Below the pieces are notes generated by a model. The model had not been told where the DNA came from. It saw only the letters and a list, made by a program, of their open reading frames with translations, and did no database searches. 32,000 bases of DNA from Candidatus Kuenenia stuttgartensis. Lineage in GTDB: Bacteria; Planctomycetota; Brocadiia; Brocadiales; Brocadiaceae. Shown one piece after another: positions 5,488 to 12,952 of the stretch. Numbering within the stretch: the first letter of the stretch is position 1; every line of letters begins with the position of its first letter. The stretch lies in NCBI RefSeq assembly GCF_900232105.1, contig NZ_LT934425.1, positions 1,620,001 to 1,652,000 on the forward strand. The letters are read 5' to 3'. The translations under genes and the position numbers were made by a program.

Positions 5488-7995
5488 TTATTTCTCTTTC
5501 TCTTCCTGTTCCTGTTCCTGTTCCTGTTCCTGTTCCTGTTCCGGGATATCATTTTCAGTTTCTAAATCATCAGTGGCTGGATTTTCTTCGGGAATTACGC
5601 GGGCAACCGAGATTAATTTGTCTGTTTACCAATATCAAAAAGTTTGACGCCCTGGGTATTTCTTCCGATGATTCGAATCGTATTTACCGGAGTCCTTATG
5701 ATCTTCCCCCCTTTGTTATCATGATCAATTCATCGGTTTCTCTGACGTCAAGCAGCCCAACCACTTTCCGTTTCTTTCAGTAGTTTTAATATTGATAACT
5801 CCCTGGCCTCCTCTGTTTTTCGCCGAATACTCTTCAAAATTCGTTCGCTTGCCAAAGCCATTTCACAGATGGTCATAAGTGATGACTCATCATCGACAAC
5901 AACCATGCGCATACTTTATCACCATTTTTAAGCTTTATACCCTTTACTCCGCGCGAACACGTCCAACCGATCTTACGTCTTCCTCCGAAAAACGCACCGC
6001 TCCCCTGTTAGTTCCGAGTATGAGGTCTTGTTTTCCGTTGGTTAATTTTACCCCGATTAATGTGTCGCCCTCATCGAGGTTAATTGCTATAATACCGCCC
6101 TTTTTCGGATTGCCATACGCCTTGAGCACGGTCTTTTTGATAATGCCGTGGCTGGTTGCCATGACCAATTGCCTATCGTCAAAATTGCGGACAGGAATGA
6201 AGGAGGTTACGTTTTCTCCTTCTTTTAATTCCAGCAGGTTAATGAGCGCCCTTCCTTTTGTAATTTTACCCATTTGAGGAACATCATAAACCTTCAGCCA
6301 GTACACCTTGCCCTGATCCGTAAAAAAGAGGATATAGTCATGGGTTGATGCTACAAACAGGTGTTCGGCAAAATCCCCTTCCTTCATTTCCGCCCCGATA
6401 ACTCCCTTCCCGCCACGCTGTTGTTTACGATAGGCGCTTAATGGCAGCCGCTTTATATAGCCTTCATGGCTGATAATGACCGTTACATTTTCTTCCGTAA
6501 TAAGGTCTTCTCTCTCTAAATCGCCCACGGCGCCTACAATTTCCGTCCGGCGTTTGTCGCCAAATTGTTCTTTTATTTCCGCAACGTCTTTTTTTATAAT
6601 ATCCAACACTAACTTTTCATTTGCCAATATCGACTGGTATTCTTTTATATCCGCACACAGTTTTTCATATTCGGCGTCAATTTTTCCCTGCTCAAGACCT
6701 GTAAGCCTTTGCAGTCTCATATCCAGGATAGCGTTCGCCTGTATTTCCGAGAGAGAAAACGTAGAGATAAGCCCTCTTCGCGCCGCATCTACGGTATCCG
6801 AGGTTTTAATCAGTTCAATTACCCGGTCTATATTATTTAAGGCTATTTTTAAGCCTTCAAGCACATGCGCCCTGTTCTGTGCTTTTTCCAGTAAAAACCT
6901 TGTTCTTTTAACAATAACAACTTTTCTATGTTCAATGTAACATATCAGCATTTGTTTCAGATTAAGTGTTTCCGGACGATTGTCCACCAGCGCAATCATA
7001 ATAATGCTGAAAGTGTCCTGCAGTTTTGTGTGTTTATACAATTGGTTTAAAACTACCTCTTCATCTTCTCCCTTTTTCAGGTCGATTACCAGGCGGCTTC
7101 CGTGTCTGTCGCTTTCGTTTCGGACATCAGAAATCCCCTTGAGCAGTTCTTCTCGAACAAGGAGGGCGATACGTTCCAAAATATTATCTCTGTTGAGTTG
7201 GTAGGGGATTTCCGTTACGACAATGCTCTTTCTTCCGGTTTTTGACGTTTCAACATGTGCCTTCGCCCGTACGATTATCGTTCCCCTGCCGGTTTTGTAC
7301 CCTTCCTTAATCCCGCTTGTTCCGCAAATTTGCGCTCCTGTAGGAAAATCGGGGCCTGTGATCACCGTCATCAATTCTTCTATGGTGACTTCGGGGTTGT
7401 CAATAACCATGGCAATGCCGTCACATATTTCATTTGTATTATGCGGCGGGATGCTTGTTGCCATGCCAACGGCAATACCGGAACAGCCATTGCAAAGCAG
7501 GTTGGGAAATTTTGACGGCAGCACAACCGGTTCTGTGCGGGTATCATCGTAGTTGGGGGTATAATCCACCGTTCTCTTTTCAAGGTCCTCCATGATCGTG
7601 ATTGTCACGTCCGTCATGCGTGCTTCTGTGTATCGCATTGCGGCAGGTGGGTCCCCGTCAATTGAGCCAAAATTCCCCTGTCCCTGAATTAGGGGGTAGC
7701 GGTAATTAAAATCCTGCGCCATACGGACGAGGGTGGGGTACACTACCTGTTCGCCATGGGGATGGTAGTTTCCTGTAGTATCTCCGGCAATTTTGGCGCA
7801 TTTTCTGAATTTTGCACGCGGGCTGAGGTTAAGATCGTTCATGGCAACGAGAATGCGCCTCTGGGAAGGCTTTAATCCGTCTCTGGCGTCCGGAAGGGCC
7901 CGGCTCATGATAACGCTCATGGCATAGCTGAGATACGAATCCTTCATTTCTTCTTCAATGAACAAATCTTTTATATTTTCTTTTCTTTCGGTCAT
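5488..7995 (-). pseudogene. gyrA: DNA gyrase subunit A, intact for 683 codons and then interrupted by six single-base frameshifts in the C-terminal domain (real decay or sequence error)
   Basis: Identity is supported by the catalytic AAMRYTEARM and the GyrA-box QRGGKG. The open frame stops at 5944-5946. GyrA C-terminal-domain-like sequence then continues in alternating frames down to a TAA at 5488-5490. The segments read SRGVKGIKLKNGDKV, RMVVVDDESSLMTI, NGFGKRTNFEEYSAKNRGGQGVINIKTTERNGK, VVGLLDVRETDELIMITKGG, KIIRTPVNTIRIIGRNTQGVKLFDIGKQ, and DKLISVARVIPEENPATDDLETENDIPEQEQEQEQEQEQEQEEKEK. Confidence 0.8.
5503..5542. repeat. Hexanucleotide tandem repeat (ttcctg) x6 plus a partial unit
   Basis: Read directly from the sequence. 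On the minus strand it encodes (EQ)6 in the acidic tail of the reconstructed GyrA C-terminus. Confidence 0.95.
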
Positions 7996-8006
7996 CTGCT
8001 ACTTTC

Positions 8007-8660
8007 TTACTGGAGAAAAGGATTATGTTGTTTCTCTTCTGCCAATGTGGTAGAGGGTCCATGTCCAGGATAGATGATTGTTTTTTCATCAAGGACAAGT
8101 AATTTATTTTTAATCGATTGTATAAGCGTTTCCTGGCTGCAACCCGGAAAATCCGTGCGGCCTATTCCGTTTTTAAAAAGACTGTCTCCGGAAAACAATA
8201 CGGGAGGTTGCCCCTTTTCCGGATCTTTACGATAAAGGCATATTCCACCTGGTGTGTGGCCCGGGGTGTGAATTACTTCAAAAATGCATTTACCGGCAGA
8301 GATGGTATCACCCTCTTTCAGTGTACGGTCTGCATATGGAGACCGCACGGTTGCACCGCCATAAAAAGCGGCAAGGATCGAGAGGTTTTTCGCAGGGTAA
8401 GGCAGCATGTCATGGTCTTTTTCATGAACGCAAATCTGCAATTCAGGAAAGGCCTCTTTCAATGAGGCGTTTGCCCCAATATGATCTCCATGTCCATGGG
8501 TAATTACGACATGTTTCGGGAGCAGTTTCAATGCATTAATAAATGCAATAATTTTTTCCGGGTCGGCGCCAGGGTCAACAATCAACGCTTCAGCAGAAAC
8601 ATCATACACAATATAAGTACATACCTGCAATGGACCTACCGTTATCTTTCTGATAATCAT
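8007..8660 (-). CDS. MBL-fold metallo-hydrolase (glyoxalase II-like)
   Basis: 217 aa with THGHGDHIG (HxHxDH) plus the downstream HTPGHTPG. The stop lies 11 nt upstream of the gyrA start. Confidence 0.8.
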   Translation of the reverse strand: MIIRKITVGPLQVCTYIVYDVSAEALIVDPGADPEKIIAFINALKLLPKHVVITHGHGDHIGANASLKEAFPELQICVHEKDHDMLPYPAKNLSILAAFYGGATVRSPYADRTLKEGDTISAGKCIFEVIHTPGHTPGGICLYRKDPEKGQPPVLFSGDSLFKNGIGRTDFPGCSQETLIQSIKNKLLVLDEKTIIYPGHGPSTTLAEEKQHNPFLQ

Positions 8661-8666
8661 TTTTGA

Positions 8667-9857
8667 TTATTTATTGCTTAAATAATCTTCTATCAGCGTC
8701 TTTAGTTCCTTCACGCTTTCGCTTTTCCACAACCCGATAATCTTTCTTTCCCGTTCCGCATTCTCCACAGAATCCGAGGCATGGGCGGCATTTTTCATGA
8801 TATCCTCCCCATAGATTCTGCGCACCTTGCCCGGCTCGCCTTTTTTCGAGTCGGTAGGCCCCAAAATATTTCTTATTTCATTGATTGCATTCGGCCCGCG
8901 ATACAAAAGGGCAAGGCAGCGGGCGGTACCGGGATTTTTTTTCTCCGCTTCTGTTGCCTTTGCCACGTCCAGTCCCGTCATGTAATGCACAATTTTATTG
9001 AATTCGTGTTTTGCATTTATCCCTTTTAACTGCTCTGTTAATTGCGTTGCATGTTCATTAATCGTCACATCCGGGATTTCAAAAGAGAAAATGGACTTGA
9101 GACCTTCTCTAAGCTGCGCCGCAATTTTCTCGGGTTTGGGCTTTAGCTTTTCTTCAAATATGCCCACCAGCGGACCGTAAAACTCTTCCGCCTGGGCGAT
9201 GCTCATCGACAACAATTTTATGCCCACGATAAACAAACCCGTTCTCGAAAACATATCAATGATATTGCCAGGTAACGGGCTTTGCTTCTCAAAAGGTTTT
9301 AATATTACCAATGTTGTTTCCGGCTTTGCCCCTTCGGAAAATGAAACAATATTTTCCAGAATTCCGCCGTCGTTTGTTAAATAATCCGTAAATAATTTCA
9401 ATTGTTTTTTGTTAGAGTTATGGTCGGCGGCAGTCAAAACCGCAGGTTCAAAATACTCAACCGTACCGTCAGAACGTTCTATGTAATCGCCAAAACTGCC
9501 GCGGATAGTATGCCCCTGAAAACTTGAAATAGGGCCAATTACATCGTCTTTTAATTTTTTAATGGCATTATGTCCTTTAAAGAACAGCAGCACCGCCCTG
9601 TTGGTAATGCCAAACTTGTTTCCCTTTCTCAGGCTGCTGTTAATATAATTAATCATAACCTCTTTCCACGAGGACTTTCCTTCCTGTTCACCGATGGTTT
9701 CGCAATATTTCTCAACAAACTCATCGCCAGGAGCAAACATTGTCGCCCCGATAACTTCAAGATTTGATAATGAGAGCAACCGGCCCAAAATACCACCCGT
9801 GCGACTCTTTAAAAGACTGTAAGGCGTTATTAACGCATAGGTTAATTCTTCTTCCAT
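8667..9857 (-). CDS. Tandem nucleoside-diphosphate-kinase-like protein (two NDK-like domains)
   Basis: 396 aa. Domain 1 shows YALITPYSLLKSRTGGILGRLL...TIRGSFGD but has no catalytic His block. Domain 2 shows TTLVILKPFE...GPTDSKKGEPGKVRRIYGEDIMKNAAHASDSVENAERE, resembling the NDK N-x-x-H-G-S-D-S active-site region. Confidence 0.6.
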   Translation of the reverse strand: MEEELTYALITPYSLLKSRTGGILGRLLSLSNLEVIGATMFAPGDEFVEKYCETIGEQEGKSSWKEVMINYINSSLRKGNKFGITNRAVLLFFKGHNAIKKLKDDVIGPISSFQGHTIRGSFGDYIERSDGTVEYFEPAVLTAADHNSNKKQLKLFTDYLTNDGGILENIVSFSEGAKPETTLVILKPFEKQSPLPGNIIDMFSRTGLFIVGIKLLSMSIAQAEEFYGPLVGIFEEKLKPKPEKIAAQLREGLKSIFSFEIPDVTINEHATQLTEQLKGINAKHEFNKIVHYMTGLDVAKATEAEKKNPGTARCLALLYRGPNAINEIRNILGPTDSKKGEPGKVRRIYGEDIMKNAAHASDSVENAERERKIIGLWKSESVKELKTLIEDYLSNK

Positions 9858-9990
9858 AGTGGCGTATATTCTCCGACAACAAGTAATGAATCAAAGTATT
9901 ATAAAAGGCTAAATGATAACACAATAAGGATATTTGGTCAAATACTTTCAATCGTACGGATAGAGACACAAAATAAGGGGTTTTGTGTCG

Positions 9991-10019
9991 TTGACTCACA
10001 GTATATGAGGTGATACACT
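9991..10019 (+). promoter_or_regulatory. Candidate sigma70-type promoter for folC
   Basis: TTGACT (9991-9996), a 17-nt spacer, then TACACT (10014-10019), with a TG at 10011-10012 in the extended -10 position. Sequence match only. Confidence 0.3.
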
Positions 10020-10052
10020 TTTATGACTGCAACTTTTTTACAAAACTACGTA

Positions 10053-10166
10053 GGGGCGAAGCATTTGCCTGCATAGGGAAGGGAAGGAAGGGTTAAATGC
10101 TGCACATGCATCAACCTTGTTATGGGGAACGTGTTATACACTGTACGCAGGCAAATGCTTCGCCCC
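10053..10166. repeat. Perfect 20-bp inverted repeat pair with a 74-nt spacer upstream of folC
   Basis: ggggcgaagcatttgcctgc (10053-10072) and gcaggcaaatgcttcgcccc (10147-10166) are exact reverse complements. Confidence 0.9.
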
Positions 10167-10219
10167 CGGTCTGTAATGTTTTCGAAAATAGATTTGTTTA
10201 CCTATACGATATTTCCTGA

Positions 10220-11614
10220 ATGTCGGTTAATATGATTGCCCGAAATACCCTATGCTTACGATCATACGAAGAGGCGTGTGCTTTTCTCAATACGTCTCTC
10301 GACTATGAAAAGTTAATCAGTTACCAATATAATACTTCGACCTTCAATCTGGACAGGATGGTTCGCCTGCTTGAACAAGTTGGTAATCCGCACAGGGAAT
10401 TTTCCTCCCTCCATATAACAGGCACAAAAGGAAAAGGGTCTACGGCAATTATGTTGTCAACCGTCCTTCAGCGTGCCGGTTATAAAACCGGACTTTTCAC
10501 TTCCCCCCATTTAACAAACCTTAAAGAACGAATTCAGTTAAATCATACGAAGATACCCGAAGAGGATTTTACCGCAGCATTAAATGTCCTCGTGCCAGAT
10601 ATTCAGCGATTGAGAAATACTACTCCTGCAGAATCGCCTACGTTTTTTGAAACGCTTACGGCGATATGCTTCCTTTATTTTAAAGAAAAACAGGCGGAGA
10701 TGGCCGTTCTGGAGGTGGGAATGGGGGGGCGCTTAGATGCTACCAATGTAGTACTACCGCTCGTATCGGTTATTACCAACATCGGTCTCGACCATGTCAA
10801 TATTCTGGGAAACACTATCCCCCGCATAGCCTACGAAAAAGCTGGAATTATTAAAAAAGGCATACCGGTAATCTCTGCTGCAGAAAAACCGGAAGCCCTT
10901 TCTGTGATAAAAGAGGTCTGTATGGAAAAAGGAGCACCACTCTATCTACTGGGCAAAGATATCAGGATAGACGACGCACAGCCCTATACAAATAAGAACT
11001 CAAGGGGTTTGCTGTGTAATATAAAAACATGGCAAGGCGTATACGGGAATCTGTTTATTCCACTCATGGGAATACATCAGGCAAAAAACTGCGCGATGGC
11101 ATTGGGGGCATTGGATGTCCTGCGTGAGCATGGCAAAATCTCAATCGACAACGAAACCATACGTGAGGCGTTTACCCACGTACGTTGTCCCGGGAGAATA
11201 GAGGTTCTTGGGGAAACACCATTGATCGTACTGGATTTTGCCCATACCGTGGAATCAATGGCGGCATTGCGGGAGACCCTATTTGAACATTTCACGTTCA
11301 ATAAACTGGTTGTCATATTAGGATTTTCACAGGATAAGGACATAGACAACATTCTCCGAGAGATTGTGCCTTGCGCAAATGATATTTTCGTTACAAAGAG
11401 CACGAACTCCCGCGCCGTGCCGCCCGAAGAATTAGCCAAAAAGATAAAGGCCGTCTATGGAAAAAGGGCGGAGATATGCAATAGCGCCAGAGATGCGGTA
11501 ATTGCAGCGCAACATGCCGCCTCCCCTGACGATTTACTCTGTATTACCGGATCGGCATACATCGCAGGCGAAGTGAGGCAGGAATTGGCCCATCAAAATA
11601 TTGCCAGAGCATAA
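10220..11614 (+). CDS. folC: Folylpolyglutamate synthase / dihydrofolate synthase
   Basis: 464 aa with the Mur-ligase-type P-loop HITGTKGKGST and the FolC-like LFTSPHL and LEVGMGGRLDATN blocks. Confidence 0.85.
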   Translation: MSVNMIARNTLCLRSYEEACAFLNTSLDYEKLISYQYNTSTFNLDRMVRLLEQVGNPHREFSSLHITGTKGKGSTAIMLSTVLQRAGYKTGLFTSPHLTNLKERIQLNHTKIPEEDFTAALNVLVPDIQRLRNTTPAESPTFFETLTAICFLYFKEKQAEMAVLEVGMGGRLDATNVVLPLVSVITNIGLDHVNILGNTIPRIAYEKAGIIKKGIPVISAAEKPEALSVIKEVCMEKGAPLYLLGKDIRIDDAQPYTNKNSRGLLCNIKTWQGVYGNLFIPLMGIHQAKNCAMALGALDVLREHGKISIDNETIREAFTHVRCPGRIEVLGETPLIVLDFAHTVESMAALRETLFEHFTFNKLVVILGFSQDKDIDNILREIVPCANDIFVTKSTNSRAVPPEELAKKIKAVYGKRAEICNSARDAVIAAQHAASPDDLLCITGSAYIAGEVRQELAHQNIARA

Positions 11615-11638
11615 CAATAAAAATATAGTCAGCAAATA

Positions 11639-12952
11639 ATGAATATCCAGTTATCTCATGAAACAATTGCCGCAATTGTGACTCCCATTGGCGAAGGGGG
11701 CATTGGCAAGATAGTTGTTTCCGGGCCTAAGGCTTTAAATATGGCGAATGACATCTTTGAAGGGAAACACATAAAAGACCTTTGCAATGCGGAAAACGGC
11801 AAACTTTACTACGGCCATATCGTCAGTGGCAATCAAAGGATCGACGAGGTTATTTTAAATGTAGAAAAACAAGGGAACAGTTTCACCGGCGAAGACGTGG
11901 TTGAAATAAATTGCCACGGCGGCATTCGGATTCTCATGCGGGTATATGAGCTGATTGTTTCACATGGGGCAAAAAAAGAAACATGGGAAGGGCTGGCAGC
12001 ACAGGCGCTCGAAAACGACCAAATAGATGCTATTCAAAAGGAGGCGTTGCCGGAACTTGTTGCGGCACGCACAAAACTATGCGCAAAAGTGCTTTTAGAC
12101 CAATACAACGGCGCATTGTCAAAAACGCTTCACAAATGCATGGACATTACAAAACAAATGGAATGCGCCTCCGCAGAAGGGCACAATACAGAGGAAGAAG
12201 TCATTTTCCCTTTAAAAGAACTGACGCACAGCATTGACGCCCTGCTCAATACCGCCCCGTTCGGCATGGCATTAATATCCCCGCAGGCTATTGTAATCCT
12301 TGGCAAGCCCAATGTCGGAAAATCAACACTGATGAACGCTGTACTCGGCGAAGAACAAATGATTGTGCACCATGAACCCGGAACAACGCGTGATTACGCA
12401 AGCGAATATATCTCTATCGAAGATATCCCCTTTGAAATTGTAGATACCGCAGGCATAAGAAAGACAGAAGATACCGTGGAATCCATGAGTATTGAAATGA
12501 CGCGGGAACAGCTTGGACGCGCGGACAAGGTGCTTGCTATATTTGATAATTCAAAGCCCCTCGATCATGAGGATAGGGAGATATTAGATGCATTGAAATC
12601 GTGGAAAATGGCAAAAGCATACGAAAGGCAGCGTGCGTACACCATCATTCCATTGATAAATAAAACCGACCTTCCCGCTCAATTAGACACAAAGATCATT
12701 GAATCGGAAATCGCATCTCCGGTATATTACATTTCCGCCCAAAAAAAGGAAGGCCTGGACGTTGTCTATGAAAAACTTGTGGAGGAGTTTAACACCTGCT
12801 ATCATCCCGGAACGCCCGTCGTGTTTAACAAAAGACAGTTTCATTTACTCTCGGGAGCACGCCGGATGCTGGAAACAGCCGCATTCAGCGCTGCAACAAT
12901 ACAGGAATTAAGGAATATTTTTAACGAATGTTTGCGGGGAGCCATTTATTGA
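11639..12952 (+). CDS. mnmE: tRNA modification GTPase MnmE (TrmE)
   Basis: 437 aa. The N-terminal TIAAIVTPIGEGGIGKIVVSG is TrmE_N-like. The G-domain shows GKPNVGKSTLMNA and DTAGIR. The C-terminus ends ...IFNECLRGAIY rather than the canonical C-(I/L/V)-G-K. Confidence 0.8.
   Translation: MNIQLSHETIAAIVTPIGEGGIGKIVVSGPKALNMANDIFEGKHIKDLCNAENGKLYYGHIVSGNQRIDEVILNVEKQGNSFTGEDVVEINCHGGIRILMRVYELIVSHGAKKETWEGLAAQALENDQIDAIQKEALPELVAARTKLCAKVLLDQYNGALSKTLHKCMDITKQMECASAEGHNTEEEVIFPLKELTHSIDALLNTAPFGMALISPQAIVILGKPNVGKSTLMNAVLGEEQMIVHHEPGTTRDYASEYISIEDIPFEIVDTAGIRKTEDTVESMSIEMTREQLGRADKVLAIFDNSKPLDHEDREILDALKSWKMAKAYERQRAYTIIPLINKTDLPAQLDTKIIESEIASPVYYISAQKKEGLDVVYEKLVEEFNTCYHPGTPVVFNKRQFHLLSGARRMLETAAFSAATIQELRNIFNECLRGAIY

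Noticed and set aside
5503-5542. Short tandem repeats here, and the heptamers at 27874-28071, as a possible CRISPR array
   Set aside because: The units are 6-7 nt with no spacers. No 25-40-nt repeats alternating with unique spacers occur anywhere in the window, and there are no cas genes.
5169-5783. 204-aa plus-strand ORF with a PVPVPVPVPVPVP run
   Set aside because: It is the antisense reading of the (ttcctg)6 repeat and of recognisable gyrA C-terminal-domain coding sequence. Its 5' part crosses hairpin-rich intergenic DNA. It has no plausible RBS or protein-like composition.
5600-5960. Programmed ribosomal frameshifting as the explanation for the gyrA frame switches
   Set aside because: It would need six consecutive events. 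I found no shared slippery heptamer or downstream pseudoknot. The sites are ordinary short homopolymers, so indel error or mutation is far more parsimonious.
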